A stretch of DNA of 64,000 nt from Anaerohalosphaeraceae bacterium (GCA_963675525.2 CAXXSL010000011.1:64001-128000); one strand, 5' to 3'. Positions 1-11,173 are shown, numbered from the stretch's first letter. Notes: generated by a model from the letters alone, not told the origin. Numbers and translations are program-made.

Positions 1-477
1 CAGAAACGCATCCAGCCAATCCAGATCCCATATATCCTCACAGATAGTTAATGCAATCCTAAGCCCCTGCCGCTCAATAATCACCGGTTTCTGTCCCGGC
101 GTAAAATAGCGTTTTTCATCGAAAACGCCGTAATTGGGAAGTTGCCCTTTCTGATAAATCTGCTGAATTTTACCGTCCGTGAGAATTGCGGCAGCATTAT
201 AACACTTCCCGGCTTGTCCATCAGCAAATCCGGCAATAACCGCAATGCCCTCTGTCTCAGAAAGCAATTCCTGCAAGAAAGCTTGATTGTCTGAGATAAA
301 TTTAGGCTTGTGTAATAAATCCTCGGGCGGATAACCGCAGACGCAAAGTTCCGGAAACACCAGAAAATCGACCTGCTCCTGTTTTGCGGAACGAATCATG
401 CGGGTCATTTTTTCAACGTTTCCCCGCATATCTCCAACTGTTACATTGATCTGCGCCAAACCGCATCGTAGGGCCAT
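1..477 (-). CDS. nadE: Glutamine-dependent NAD+ synthetase, N-terminal nitrilase/glutaminase domain (runs off window edge; not in ORF track)
   Basis: Manual translation from ATG at 477: MALRCGLAQINVTVGD...FPELCVCGYPPEDLL...KGQLPNYGVFDEKRYF...ICEDIW, the typical NadE(Gln) motifs. Confidence 0.9.
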   Translation of the reverse strand, partial: MALRCGLAQINVTVGDMRGNVEKMTRMIRSAKQEQVDFLVFPELCVCGYPPEDLLHKPKFISDNQAFLQELLSETEGIAVIAGFADGQAGKCYNAAAILTDGKIQQIYQKGQLPNYGVFDEKRYFTPGQKPVIIERQGLRIALTICEDIWDLDWLDAFL

Positions 478-513
478 GAAATTTCCTTCGTTCTAAGTTC
501 AGGCTTTATTGTA

Positions 514-1938
514 CTACTGTCGAAGGTATTGGTCAACAGCGTCGGCTGCTTTTCTGCCGGCATCGATCGCCCGCACAATCAGCGAAGCACCGCTGACAGT
601 ATCGCCCGCTGAAAAGACCCACGGAACACTGGTCTGATAATCGTTCACTGCCACATTACCCTGTCTGTCCAGTTTCAAATCGAATGCTTCAATCAATCCT
701 TCATGTACCGGATGCAGAAAGCCCATAGCCAGCAGTACCAAGTCGGCTTTGAGTTCAAATTCCGAATTCGGAACATCGCGGATATCCCACTGTCTGTCTG
801 TCTTTTTCTGCCAGTCGACCTGGCAGCAATTCAAATGATGAACGCGCGTACCTACACCGGAAATGCTTTTGGTCGTCACTGACCAGCGACGGTCACAGCC
901 CTCTTCATGGGACGATGACGTCCTCATGGTTCGCGGCCACTGCGGCCACGGCGTGTCCGGCGGACATGTTTCCGGAGGTTGGGGAAGAATCTCGATTTGT
1001 GTAATCGACCTGGCACCCTGCCTGCGAGAGGTTCCCACACAGTCACTGCCGGTATCGCCTCCGCCAATAACGACAACATCTTTATCATGTGCAGTAATCA
1101 GTTTGTCCTGATTAATGGCTTCTCCTGAATTAAGACGATTCTGCATACTCAAAAAATCCATGGCGAAATGAATATTGTCATAGCCTCGTCCGGACACGGT
1201 CAAATCACGCGGCTGCCCCGCCCCCATGGTCAAACACACCGCATCAAACATCTTGTGCAAATAGTTTCCGGAGATATCCACCCCAACTTCCACACCCGTC
1301 TGGAACTTAACGCCTTCGGCTTCCATCTGCTGAATGCGGCGATCAATAACCCATTTTTCAAGTTTGAAGTCCGGAATACCATACCGCAGCAAACCGCCCG
1401 GCTTATCGTCTTTTTCAAATACAGTTATGTCATGCCCTACCCGGGCAAGCTGCTGAGCAACTGCAAGACCGGCAGGGCCGGAACCGATGACTGCAACTTT
1501 TTTCCCTGTTTTGGCTTCCGGAATCAGCGGGACAATCCAACCTTCTGCGAAACCGCGTTCGACAATCTGAAATTCGATGTGACGGATCAGCACAGGTTCA
1601 TCATTCACCGCCATCGTACAAGCCGTCTCACAGGGCGCCGGACACACACGACCGGTTATTTCCGGGAAATTATTTGTCGAATGCAGGTTCTCACACGCTT
1701 CTTTCCAGCGTCCCCGGTAAACCAGGTCATTAAATTCCGGGATTCGGTTGGCGATCGGACAGCCGCTATTGCTATGACAAAACGGAATACCGCAATCGGC
1801 ACAGCGCGCAGCCTGCTGGTTGATCGCATCAGGCGTCAGCGGGATTTCAATTTCCTGAAAATCCCCGACACGCTGATCGACCGGGCGATAAGCAACCTTT
1901 TGACGTTTATAGTCTAAAAACCCTTTTGTTTTAGCCAT
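514..1938 (-). CDS. gltD: Glutamate synthase small subunit
   Basis: RCADCGIPFC and CPAPCE Fe-S motifs, GSGPAG and GGGDTG dinucleotide motifs; start moved to ATG 1938 (MAKTKG), overlapping the gltB stop. Confidence 0.97.
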   Translation of the reverse strand: MAKTKGFLDYKRQKVAYRPVDQRVGDFQEIEIPLTPDAINQQAARCADCGIPFCHSNSGCPIANRIPEFNDLVYRGRWKEACENLHSTNNFPEITGRVCPAPCETACTMAVNDEPVLIRHIEFQIVERGFAEGWIVPLIPEAKTGKKVAVIGSGPAGLAVAQQLARVGHDITVFEKDDKPGGLLRYGIPDFKLEKWVIDRRIQQMEAEGVKFQTGVEVGVDISGNYLHKMFDAVCLTMGAGQPRDLTVSGRGYDNIHFAMDFLSMQNRLNSGEAINQDKLITAHDKDVVVIGGGDTGSDCVGTSRRQGARSITQIEILPQPPETCPPDTPWPQWPRTMRTSSSHEEGCDRRWSVTTKSISGVGTRVHHLNCCQVDWQKKTDRQWDIRDVPNSEFELKADLVLLAMGFLHPVHEGLIEAFDLKLDRQGNVAVNDYQTSVPWVFSAGDTVSGASLIVRAIDAGRKAADAVDQYLRQ

Positions 1939-4900
1939 TGAAGACCTCCTCGGTAGCCGGGGTTGAATCTGTATCGCGATCTTCTTTTGCCCGCATGCGT
2001 TCCAATGCCTTGCGGTAGTCAATCGGAATCACTTTGACAAAGCGTCCGACCATGTCCGGCCATGCATCCAGAATCCGCCGGGCCCGTGAACTCCGGGTCA
2101 ATTTTTCGTGCTTCTGAATCAGGTTGTACATCAGGTCTTTATCTTCCTGTCTCCAGACGCTTTCAAGGTCGACCATGTCAAGATTACAGAGAGTGTCAAA
2201 TAACTGAAGTTCATCGAGTACATAAGCAATACCGCCGCTCATGCCCGCCGCAAAATTGCACCCCGTTTGTCCCAGCACCACAACCAAACCGCCGGTCATG
2301 TACTCACAACCGTGATCACCCACACCTTCTACGACAGCCGTGGCTCCGCTGTTTCGGACGCAGAAGCGTTCGCCGGCCATGCCGTTGATAAAGACCTCTC
2401 CGCGTGTGGCGCCATAAAGCAAGGTATTGCCCACAATAATATTCTCATGGGCCAAAAACGGCGAACCAAACGGTGTTTCCACGATAATCCGTCCGCCGCT
2501 GAGTCCTTTGCCCAGATAGTCATTGCTATCCCCAATGAGCTTCAAGGTAACCCCCTTGATCAGAAAAGCACCCAGGCTTTGTCCTGCCGAACCGGAAAGA
2601 TTAATCGTAATGGTATCATCTTCAAGGCCGTCCGGGCCGAATTTTTTAACCAGACGGTTGCTTAAAATCGTTCCAATCGTACGGTCGGTATTCTTAATCG
2701 GTAAATCAATGGAAACCTTCTGCTTGCTCTCAAAGGTTGCCTTTGCTTTCTCGATAATGCCCCAATCCATGTGGTCTTTAAGGTGGTATGCCTGCTTGGA
2801 CGAATTGTATAACTCGCTCGGTTTATCGGCTTTCGGCTGATGGAAAATCAGGGAGTAATCCAATCCCCTGGCTTTATAATGGTCAATCGCATCCTGCATT
2901 CTCAGCTTATCCACGCATCCGACCATCTCATTAAATTTCCTAAAACCAAGCTGAGCCATGATGCGGCGGGCCTCTTCTGCGATAAAGTAAAAGAAACGTT
3001 CAATATATTCGGGTTTGCCCGCAAACCGTTTTCGAAGTTCCGGATCCTGCGTTGCAATCCCGTATGTGCAGGCTCCTTCATGGCATTTTCGCAGAAGCGT
3101 ACAGCCCATACAGACCAATGCGGACGTACCAAAACCAAACTGCTCGGCACCCAGCAACGCCCCAATCACAACATCCCGGCCGGTTCGCAACTGACCGTCC
3201 ACCTGAACACGAACCCGGTCACGCAGTTTGTTCATGACCAGCACCTGCTGCGTTTCGGCAATTCCCACTTCCCACGGGCAACCTGCATGTTTAATCGACG
3301 ATTGCGGACTGGCCCCCGTTCCGCCGTCATGGCCGCTGATGAGAACTTCATCGGCGTTTCCTTTGGAAACACCGGCTGCAATCGTTCCGACGCCAACCTC
3401 GGAAACCAGTTTGACCGATACTTTCGCTTCCGGGTTAGAACATTTCAAGTCATAAATCAACTGCGCCAAATCCTCAATAGAATAAATATCGTGATGTGGC
3501 GGCGGCGAAATCAATGTCACACCGGGCGTTGAGTAACGCAAACGGGCAATTTCCTGACTCACTTTGTGCCCCGGTAGTTGTCCACCCTCACCGGGCTTGG
3601 CCCCCTGAGCCATCTTGATCTGGATTTCCCGGCCGTGTGCCAGGTAATTTATGGTGACGCCAAACCGGGCACTTGCGATTTGCTTGATCGCACTATTTTT
3701 GGAATCACCATTCGGCTCCAGGGTATAGCGTACCGGGTCTTCACCACCTTCTCCCGTATTGCTCATCCCACCGAGGCGATTCATCGCAATGGCCATGCAT
3801 TCGTGCGCCTCTTTGCTGATGGACCCGTGACTCATAGCACCGGTACAAAATCGCTTGACGATTTCCGATGCCGGCTCAACCTCCTCGATTGGAATTGGCT
3901 CACTGGGTTTCAGCATAAATAAACCGCGCAGCGTACATATTTCTTTCGCCTGGTTATTAATCGATTCAGCATAATCATCGTACGCCTTCTGATCTTCATA
4001 ATACACGGCATGCTGTAATTTGCTGACGGTCGTTGGATTCCACAAATGACGCTCGCCGTCTATGCGATAATGATAATCGCCGCCGAAATCCAGTTCGAGT
4101 GAACCCGGTTTTCGAGGACTGTAAGCCTCCCGGTAACGTGTGCGAATATCGGCAGCAATCTGTTCCAGACCAATGCCGCCAATACGCGAACTGGTTCCCG
4201 TGAAATATTTGTCGATCACATTCTTGTCGATGCCGATCGCCTCAAATAACTGGGCGTTAAAATAGCTGCGAAGGGTCGAAATGCCCATTTTGCTCATCGT
4301 CTTAAGAATTCCCTTTTTGATGGCAGCAATATAGTTACTGGCAATCTGGGAAGCCTCCATTGTTTGCGGTATATCACCTTGCTGCTGCATGTGGTTGAGG
4401 CTCTCAAAAACGATATAAGGATTCACACCGTTGGCGCCGAAACCGCACAGCAAACAAAAATGCTGAACTTCGCGAGCTTCTCCGGTCTCAAGGATCAGCC
4501 CCGCCTCTCCCCGCAGGCCCTTTTCAATCAGGCTGTGATGCAATGCGGAAACCGCCAGCAGCGCGGGGATAGGAGCCAATCCGGGACCCGCCGTTTTATC
4601 GCTGACAATAATCAATGACGCATCTTTCTCAAGAATAGCGTGTTCAGCATCATTGAGTAAACGATCCAAAGCTGTTTCAAGTCCCAGCGTCGGATCCTCT
4701 TCGTCGATCTCAAAAACAGCCTGAATGGTTTCAACCTTATAATTATCTCGCTGAACACCTCGAAGCCGTGCAATATCTTCATTGGTCAATACCGGGTGAG
4801 GCAATTTCAACTGACGACAATGTTCCGGCGTTTCATCAAGAACATTCAACTTTTTGCCGGTAAAGCTCATCAGGCTCATCACCAATCCTTCGCGCAATGG

Positions 4901-6490
4901 ATCGATCGGTGGATTTGTCACCTGTGCAAAGAGTTGTTTAAAGTAATTATAAAGAAGTTTCGGTTTGTCACTGAGCACCGCCAGCGGTGTATCATTGCCC
5001 ATTGAACCCACCGGTTCCTGACCGTTGACCGCCATCGGCAGCAACAGCATACGCAATTCTTCACGGGTATAGCCAAACATTCGCATTCGGGCAGCCAATG
5101 TCTCCGGGGTCCCCTCAACCAGTTCAGGCGTATCGAAAAGACCTTTCAATTCAATATGGTTTTCATTGAGCCAGCGTCGATACGGTTTTTGACGCGCCAC
5201 TTTTCCCTTGATTTCATTGTCGGTAATGATCCGGCCTTCCTCGGTATCAACCAGAAACATCTTGCCGGGCTGAAGACGCCCCCGGGTCCGCACTTTTTCC
5301 GGCGGAAATTCGACAACTCCCGTTTCACTGGCCAGAATCACCAGTCCATCGGTTGTTACGGTATACCGGCAGGGCCGTAACCCGTTGCGGTCAAGCGTTC
5401 CTCCCAGTAAACGCCCGTCCGTAAAGACCATCGCCGCAGGACCGTCCCAGGGTTCCATCATGGAAGCGTGATATTCATAGAACGCCCGCTTGTCGGTACT
5501 AATATGGTACTTCGGCCCAAAGGCTTCGGGAATCATCATCATGAGCGAATGCGGCATACTGCGACCGCCAAGATGCAGCAATTCCAGCATGTTATCAAAA
5601 CAGGCCGAATCACTGCCGCCGGGTGTCAAAATCGGCAGTAAATCGCTCAGGTCTTTGCTAAATGTTTTACATTCGATCCGTTTTTCACGCATTCGCGTAC
5701 AATTTCGATTGCCGCTCAGCGTGTTGATTTCACCGTTATGGGCAATACAACGGAAAGGTTGTGCCAACCGCCAATTTGGGAATGTATTCGTGCTGTAGCG
5801 CTGGTGAACAATCGCAAGCGCCGAAGTAAACCGTTCGTCATTGATATCAGGATAGTAAGCAAACAACTGCCAGGCCATGAACATGCCTTTGTAGCAAATG
5901 GTCTTGCAGGAAAGAGAGGTCACATAGAAATCATGGGCGGCCTCGCCAAACGCCTCAAGAACCAGTCGTTCGGCGCGTTTGCGAGACATAAACAACTGCC
6001 GTTCCATCGCATCGTGATCGAAGCTGCCCCCGTCAACAAAAATCTGTCTGATGCTCGGTTCTGCGGAAAGTGCGATCTCTCCCAGGCATTCCGCGGAAAC
6101 CGGAACTTCACGCCAGCCCAGCACTTTCATGCCATAGTGCTTAATCGCCTTCTCCAGCAGTTTATCGCACTCTTTGCGAAGTTTTTTATCCTTGGCGCCA
6201 AATACCATCCCTACACCGTATAAACCGGGATCGGGCAGATCGAACCCGAGCTTCTTTGTTTCCGATTTAAAAAACGCATGGGGTATCTGGGAAAGCACAC
6301 CGGCGCCATCACCCGTAACATTATCCGCGCTGGCCGCACCGCGATGGTGCAGGTTCAGCAATATTTCCTTGCTGTACTGAATAATCAAGTGATCTTTTTC
6401 GCCGGAAATATTGACAACGGCGCCAATCCCACACGCGTCATGCTCACGCCTGGCTTCATAAAGTCCCTGATCTTTTGGCATTAATGGCAT
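1931..6490 (-). CDS. gltB: Glutamate synthase large subunit
   Basis: 1519 aa; HDACG N-terminal nucleophile, HQRYSTNT, QGAKPGEGGQLPGHKV, C-terminal GXGXG repeats. Confidence 0.98.
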   Translation of the reverse strand: MPLMPKDQGLYEARREHDACGIGAVVNISGEKDHLIIQYSKEILLNLHHRGAASADNVTGDGAGVLSQIPHAFFKSETKKLGFDLPDPGLYGVGMVFGAKDKKLRKECDKLLEKAIKHYGMKVLGWREVPVSAECLGEIALSAEPSIRQIFVDGGSFDHDAMERQLFMSRKRAERLVLEAFGEAAHDFYVTSLSCKTICYKGMFMAWQLFAYYPDINDERFTSALAIVHQRYSTNTFPNWRLAQPFRCIAHNGEINTLSGNRNCTRMREKRIECKTFSKDLSDLLPILTPGGSDSACFDNMLELLHLGGRSMPHSLMMMIPEAFGPKYHISTDKRAFYEYHASMMEPWDGPAAMVFTDGRLLGGTLDRNGLRPCRYTVTTDGLVILASETGVVEFPPEKVRTRGRLQPGKMFLVDTEEGRIITDNEIKGKVARQKPYRRWLNENHIELKGLFDTPELVEGTPETLAARMRMFGYTREELRMLLLPMAVNGQEPVGSMGNDTPLAVLSDKPKLLYNYFKQLFAQVTNPPIDPLREGLVMSLMSFTGKKLNVLDETPEHCRQLKLPHPVLTNEDIARLRGVQRDNYKVETIQAVFEIDEEDPTLGLETALDRLLNDAEHAILEKDASLIIVSDKTAGPGLAPIPALLAVSALHHSLIEKGLRGEAGLILETGEAREVQHFCLLCGFGANGVNPYIVFESLNHMQQQGDIPQTMEASQIASNYIAAIKKGILKTMSKMGISTLRSYFNAQLFEAIGIDKNVIDKYFTGTSSRIGGIGLEQIAADIRTRYREAYSPRKPGSLELDFGGDYHYRIDGERHLWNPTTVSKLQHAVYYEDQKAYDDYAESINNQAKEICTLRGLFMLKPSEPIPIEEVEPASEIVKRFCTGAMSHGSISKEAHECMAIAMNRLGGMSNTGEGGEDPVRYTLEPNGDSKNSAIKQIASARFGVTINYLAHGREIQIKMAQGAKPGEGGQLPGHKVSQEIARLRYSTPGVTLISPPPHHDIYSIEDLAQLIYDLKCSNPEAKVSVKLVSEVGVGTIAAGVSKGNADEVLISGHDGGTGASPQSSIKHAGCPWEVGIAETQQVLVMNKLRDRVRVQVDGQLRTGRDVVIGALLGAEQFGFGTSALVCMGCTLLRKCHEGACTYGIATQDPELRKRFAGKPEYIERFFYFIAEEARRIMAQLGFRKFNEMVGCVDKLRMQDAIDHYKARGLDYSLIFHQPKADKPSELYNSSKQAYHLKDHMDWGIIEKAKATFESKQKVSIDLPIKNTDRTIGTILSNRLVKKFGPDGLEDDTITINLSGSAGQSLGAFLIKGVTLKLIGDSNDYLGKGLSGGRIIVETPFGSPFLAHENIIVGNTLLYGATRGEVFINGMAGERFCVRNSGATAVVEGVGDHGCEYMTGGLVVVLGQTGCNFAAGMSGGIAYVLDELQLFDTLCNLDMVDLESVWRQEDKDLMYNLIQKHEKLTRSSRARRILDAWPDMVGRFVKVIPIDYRKALERMRAKEDRDTDSTPATEEVFNG

Positions 6491-6563
6491 TTATACTTCC
6501 TTAATCAACTTACCGGGGTTTCCTCATGCTATGCTTAATTCACTAAACACTCAAAGACCCCTC

Positions 6564-6592
6564 AGGATAGCGATTTTGGTGCTTTATGTCAA
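6564..6592 (-). promoter_or_regulatory. Putative sigma70 promoter for gltB-gltD-nadE
   Basis: Minus strand TTGACA-N17-TATCCT about 75 bp upstream of the gltB start. Confidence 0.6.
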
Positions 6593-6669
6593 TATCTATT
6601 CAATAAAAAATGTTCTTCTTAAACCTTGTTTACTTATCGTGTCACGAGTAGTAAGCATAAATAATCATA

Positions 6670-6711
6670 AACAAACAACCCCGTCGAAACAAGATATATC
6701 CGACAGGGTTG
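6670..6711 (-). terminator. Rho-independent terminator after glutamine synthetase III
   Basis: Minus-strand stem CAACCCUGUCG/CGACGGGGUUG followed by UUUGUUU. Confidence 0.6.
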
Positions 6712-6757
6712 CTAATTATTTAACTAATTTTCAATTGATGAATCACCGAAATATCGG

Positions 6758-8854
6758 TTATCTCAAAAACAGCATTTCCGCATAAGTGGGCAACGGCCAA
6801 ACTTCGGCGTCCACCAATGTTTCCAGTTCATCGGCAGGCTTACGGAGTGCCAGCATCGCCGGAATAACGTCATCACGGTAACTTCGAGCCTGCATATTCG
6901 GCTTTTTGATGTTCTGGGCTTTCTCGACAGCCGCCTCAAGGGCTTCGATTGCCTGAGCCAACTCATCCACAAGACGGCACACCTTCTCAAGTGAACTTTG
7001 AATGGCACCACACTTAACACCGGAATCAGCAACGATACTGAGGGTCGACCCCAGACGAGCACACGATTCAACACAAGCCGGCATGATCTGACGCTTGGCC
7101 ATGTTCAGCATGGTCAGAGCTTCGATATTGATGCTCCCACTATAACCTTCCAGAAGGATTTCCGTACGTGCATGCAATTCCTGTTTGCTCAAGACGTTGT
7201 GTTTCTTGAACACATCAACGTTTTCTTTTTCAAGAATTGTCTCCAGCGATTCAACCGTCGACCGAATATTCGGCAAGCCGCGTTTTTTCGCTTCCGCAAC
7301 CCAGGCATCAGAATAATTATCGCCATTAAAGATAATCCGTTTATGATTTTTCGCAATCCCCTTGAGAATCTTCTCAGCTTCTTTGCGAACATCTTTTGCC
7401 TTTTCAAGGGAATCGGCAATGTTCGCCAGGGACTCTGCAACGATTGAATTAATCACAAAGTTGGAGCCTGAGCAGGATTGTTTAGAACCGACCATGCGAA
7501 ACTCAAAGCGATTCCCGGTAAAGGCAAACGGCGATGTTCGGTTACGGTCAGTTGTGTCTTTCGGCAGCGGAGGCAGGGTTGAACTTCCAAGCTTCAACTC
7601 ACCGCCCTTTTTGGAACTCTTGGCGCCATTGCCGGCTAATTGTTCAAAAATGTCGGTCAACTGGTCACCCAGGAAAATCGATACGATCGCCGGAGGTGCT
7701 TCATTGGCGCCCAAGCGATGTTCGTTGCCCGGATTGGCAACCGACGCTCGCAACAACTTGGCATATTGGTCAACCGCACGAATAACAGCACACAAGAACA
7801 CAAGAAAGACCATGTTGTCATGTGGAGTCGTACCGGGATCCAGCAGATTATTGCCGGTGTCCGTTACAAGACTCCAGTTATTGTGCTTGCCGGAACCGTT
7901 GACACCCGCAAATGGTTTTTCATGAAGCAGACAAACAAAATCGTGCCGCAGAGCCACCTTCTCCAGGGTTTCCATTGTCAATTGATTGTGGTCTGTCGCA
8001 ACATTGACCGTCGCAAACAAAGGCGCCAGTTCATACTGAGCCGGGGACACTTCATTGTGCTGTGTTTTCGCGGAAACGCCAAGCTTCCACAACTCCGTAT
8101 TGACATCGTTCATGTATGCGGCAATACGTTCGTGCAGCGTACCAAAGTAATGGTCGTCCATTTCCTGACCACGCGGGGACGGAGCGCCAAATAACGTACG
8201 TCCGGCCAGAACAAGGTCAAGGCGTTTTTCGAAGAAGCTGCGGTCAACCAAAAAGTATTCCTGCTCGGGACCAAGCGTTGATGTAACACTTGTCACGTCG
8301 GATTCACCGAGCACCTTAAGAACACGAACAGCCTGCTTGCTGAGAGCTTCCATCGAACGCAGTAAAGGTGTCTTCTTATCCAATGCTTCGCCCGTGTATG
8401 AACAGAACGCACAGGGAATATAAAGTGTTTTGCCCTTGATGAACACCGGCGACGTACAATCCCAGGCAGTATAACCACGCGCTTCAAAGGTCGCACGCAA
8501 ACCGCCTGAAGGGAATGAGGACGCATCCGGTTCACCCTGCACCAGCAGTTTACCACTGAACTCCAGAATCACCTTGCCTTCCGGCGTCGGGGTAATAAAT
8601 GAATCATGTTTTTCTGCCGTCAAGCCCGTCATCGGCTGGAACCAATGACAAAAGTGTGTGGCCCCTTTTTCCAAAGCCCAATCTTTCATTGCGTTGGCAA
8701 TGACGTCCGCGATGGCCGTGGTAAATTCGCCTCGCCCCTGACGGATCTTGACGAACTCCTTATAGATATTCTTTGGCAACTGCTGACGCATCACAGCATC
8801 ATTGAACACGTTAAGACCAAAAATATCAGTCAATTGCGTTTCTTCATTCTTCAT
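6758..8854 (-). CDS. glnN: Glutamine synthetase type III
   Basis: 698 aa; [58 protein letters not shown]. Confidence 0.96.
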   Translation of the reverse strand: MKNEETQLTDIFGLNVFNDAVMRQQLPKNIYKEFVKIRQGRGEFTTAIADVIANAMKDWALEKGATHFCHWFQPMTGLTAEKHDSFITPTPEGKVILEFSGKLLVQGEPDASSFPSGGLRATFEARGYTAWDCTSPVFIKGKTLYIPCAFCSYTGEALDKKTPLLRSMEALSKQAVRVLKVLGESDVTSVTSTLGPEQEYFLVDRSFFEKRLDLVLAGRTLFGAPSPRGQEMDDHYFGTLHERIAAYMNDVNTELWKLGVSAKTQHNEVSPAQYELAPLFATVNVATDHNQLTMETLEKVALRHDFVCLLHEKPFAGVNGSGKHNNWSLVTDTGNNLLDPGTTPHDNMVFLVFLCAVIRAVDQYAKLLRASVANPGNEHRLGANEAPPAIVSIFLGDQLTDIFEQLAGNGAKSSKKGGELKLGSSTLPPLPKDTTDRNRTSPFAFTGNRFEFRMVGSKQSCSGSNFVINSIVAESLANIADSLEKAKDVRKEAEKILKGIAKNHKRIIFNGDNYSDAWVAEAKKRGLPNIRSTVESLETILEKENVDVFKKHNVLSKQELHARTEILLEGYSGSINIEALTMLNMAKRQIMPACVESCARLGSTLSIVADSGVKCGAIQSSLEKVCRLVDELAQAIEALEAAVEKAQNIKKPNMQARSYRDDVIPAMLALRKPADELETLVDAEVWPLPTYAEMLFLR

Positions 8855-8949
8855 GTACTACTCCTTGAGATTGTAAATAGGTTAAATTTTCTCTCTTTTA
8901 GTATAAAAAGTATACCTGTCATTCCAATCCGGCAACAAGCATGTCTGTA

Positions 8950-8977
8950 ATTATATAACGGTCACCACTCAAGTCAA
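8950..8977 (-). promoter_or_regulatory. Putative sigma70 promoter of glnN
   Basis: Minus strand TTGACT-N16-TATAAT. Confidence 0.6.
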
Positions 8978-9005
8978 TATATGACCACTGCCATTTACAT
9001 ACTTT

Positions 9006-9020
9006 GCAAAAAATATACCA
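9006..9020 (-). promoter_or_regulatory. sigma54 (-24/-12) promoter of glnN
   Basis: Minus strand TGGTAT-ATTTT-TTGC. Confidence 0.8.
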
Positions 9021-9092
9021 CTGTCTCAGAACCGACAATAAATAACACATCCTCTTATTTTTAAATAAGTTACCACTGAAACACCTAAACAT

Positions 9093-9153
9093 AACAATTA
9101 TGTAATAAGTTACATTTTTGTAATTTTTCGCCGTAGTTGTCAACTTTTTTGTA
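9093..9153. promoter_or_regulatory. Putative activator boxes (TACA-N4-TGTA type) upstream of the glnN sigma54 promoter
   Basis: AACAATTATGTA 9093-9104, TACATTTTTGTA 9111-9122, degenerate AACTTTTTTGTA 9142-9153. Confidence 0.7.
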
Positions 9154-9159
9154 GATACC

Positions 9160-9501
9160 TTATCCAATTGCCCCGTTTCCCGATTCATCCGTTCGGATAC
9201 GGATACACTCCTCTAACGGCATAACAAATATTTTTCCGTCGCCAATGTTACCACTCTTGGCAGCTTTGATAATAGCTTTAATCGTCGGCTTTACAAATTG
9301 ATCATTTACGGCAACTTCGAGACGTATCTTCTCAAGCAGGTTAACCTGCTTGACCTGGCCGCGATAGTGTTCGCTATAACCGGCCTGCTGACCGCAGCCT
9401 CGAACCCGACTGACCGTCATCTTATAGACTTCCGCATTAAACAATGATTGCTTAACGGCTTCGAGTTTTTCTGGCTGAATAATTGCGATAACCATTTTCA
9501 T
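9160..9501 (-). CDS. glnK: PII nitrogen regulatory protein (GlnK-like), copy 1
   Basis: 113 aa; GCGQQ...YRG T-loop, [16 protein letters not shown]; downstream of amt. Confidence 0.95.
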   Translation of the reverse strand: MKMVIAIIQPEKLEAVKQSLFNAEVYKMTVSRVRGCGQQAGYSEHYRGQVKQVNLLEKIRLEVAVNDQFVKPTIKAIIKAAKSGNIGDGKIFVMPLEECIRIRTDESGNGAIG

Positions 9502-9571
9502 CTGGATATTCTCCTGTATAATTTTTGCGCTATGTTTTTAGGTTCGACCAATCGAATCATTCCAAACGAGC

Positions 9572-10876
9572 CTAGATCGCTTCTTCGGGGTTAGCCTGAA
9601 TCTGATGAACTGTTAAATCAGAGCCAACGGTTTCTTCATGCGGATCGATCCGAATCCCAACAGTCAATTTAAGAAGGCCGTAAACAAGCGTACTTGCCAG
9701 CAGGGCAAACACAATAACAGCCGCGGTAACGATCAATTGCGAGAAGAAACTAACCTCGCCTTTTCCGCCTAAGGCTTCAAGGCCGAATATCCCTGCGGCG
9801 ATACCGCCCCAGGCACCGCAGACACCATGAAGTGGCCAGACTCCAAGCACATCATCAATCTTCCATGTCTCTGTTTCACATTGGAATAAGAACACAAAGA
9901 TCGCTCCGGCGACACCGCCAACAACCAGTGCGGCAACCGGATGGTATAAGTCAGACCCCGCACAAACCGCCACCAGTCCGGCCAATGCACCGTTATGCAC
10001 AAAACCTGCGTCATTTCTGGAAATGAATAAAGCGGCGATAGTACCTCCAACCATCGCCATCAGCGAGTTGATCGCAACTAAACCCGAAGCATCGCCGAGA
10101 TTGCCTGAGCTCATTACATTAAACCCGAACCAGCCAACAATGAGGGCCCAGCTGCCCAAAGCCAGAAATGGAATACTGCTGACTTTGATCGCGTTATCCT
10201 CATATCGCTTAAGACGTGCCCCTAACAGCATAATTGCCGGCAATGCCAGCCAGCCGCCTGTAGCATGAACAACGACCGAGCCCGCAAAATCATGAAACGG
10301 AGCACCGAAAAACACTGCCAGTTTACCTTGTGCCCCGCCAATAAAAGTATTATATTGCCCCCATGTAAATGCCTCGATCAATGGGTATACAAGTCCTACA
10401 TAAATCCCGCCGGCCAACGCATTTGTCCAGAACTTTGAGCGTTCGGCCACCCCACCTGAAATAATCGCGGGAATACAGGCCGCAAAACCCAACAGGAAGA
10501 AAAACTTGACATATTCAAAGCCGTTTTGCCCGGACATCTCAGAAACCGGAGCCAGTAAAGAAACGCCGCGTGCAATCGGATAGCCAATCAGAAAATAGAT
10601 AACCGTCGAAAAACTCCATTCGGATAAAATCTTATTCAAGGCATTGACCTGATTCTTCTTGCGAACAGACCCGACTTCAAGAAATGCGAATCCCCCATGC
10701 ATTGCTAGAATCATCACGGCTCCAATCAGAATGAAAAAAAGACTGGATGATTCACTTAACTGACTTAACGCCGGTTCCTGGGGCTGGGCAACGGCCGCAC
10801 CTTGTGAAAAAAGCAATATCCCCACCACCCCAGCGCACAAATGCGCAGGACTAAACGTTTTTGTTGTTGTCTTCAT
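9572..10876 (-). CDS. amt: Ammonium transporter (Amt family), divergent copy 1
   Basis: DFAGSVVVH, GWFGFN, HNGALAGLVA, IDDVLGVWPLHG; start set at ATG 10876 downstream of the sigma54 promoter. Confidence 0.93.
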   Translation of the reverse strand: MKTTTKTFSPAHLCAGVVGILLFSQGAAVAQPQEPALSQLSESSSLFFILIGAVMILAMHGGFAFLEVGSVRKKNQVNALNKILSEWSFSTVIYFLIGYPIARGVSLLAPVSEMSGQNGFEYVKFFFLLGFAACIPAIISGGVAERSKFWTNALAGGIYVGLVYPLIEAFTWGQYNTFIGGAQGKLAVFFGAPFHDFAGSVVVHATGGWLALPAIMLLGARLKRYEDNAIKVSSIPFLALGSWALIVGWFGFNVMSSGNLGDASGLVAINSLMAMVGGTIAALFISRNDAGFVHNGALAGLVAVCAGSDLYHPVAALVVGGVAGAIFVFLFQCETETWKIDDVLGVWPLHGVCGAWGGIAAGIFGLEALGGKGEVSFFSQLIVTAAVIVFALLASTLVYGLLKLTVGIRIDPHEETVGSDLTVHQIQANPEEAI

Positions 10877-10977
10877 GCAGAACCTCACTTCATTACAATT
10901 GGCGTTTTTGTTAGTTGCGGTGTCTCTGTGGCCACAAAGATGCCGCATTCATTTTTGCTGTTCAGAAGAGGTTTTTA

Positions 10978-10992
10978 GCAAGAAATGTGCCA
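10978..10992 (-). promoter_or_regulatory. sigma54 promoter of amt1-glnK1
   Basis: Minus strand TGGCAC-ATTTC-TTGC, consensus match. Confidence 0.9.
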
Positions 10993-11052
10993 ATCTGATA
11001 TATCGGCTCTACTTTAAGATGTAACACTTTTGTTTATATACAATTAGGTTGT

Positions 11053-11128
11053 TACATTTATGTCGACACTATAACAAACAAAAACTACATTATTGTAGTA
11101 TCTATTACCATGAAGTCACAATAATGTA
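11053..11128. promoter_or_regulatory. Putative activator boxes upstream of amt1
   Basis: TACATTTATGTC 11053-11064, TACATTATTGTA 11086-11097, CACAATAATGTA 11117-11128. Confidence 0.75.
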
Positions 11129-11173
11129 GTTTCCGTGTGTCTTTTGTGAAATATTTAATTTGCTCTAAATCAG

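Noticed and set aside
1939..2022. ORF-track upstream extension of gltD (similar extensions for amt1, panC, purL, PfkB and GH29)
   Set aside because: Downstream starts have better RBS or coupling and match family N-termini
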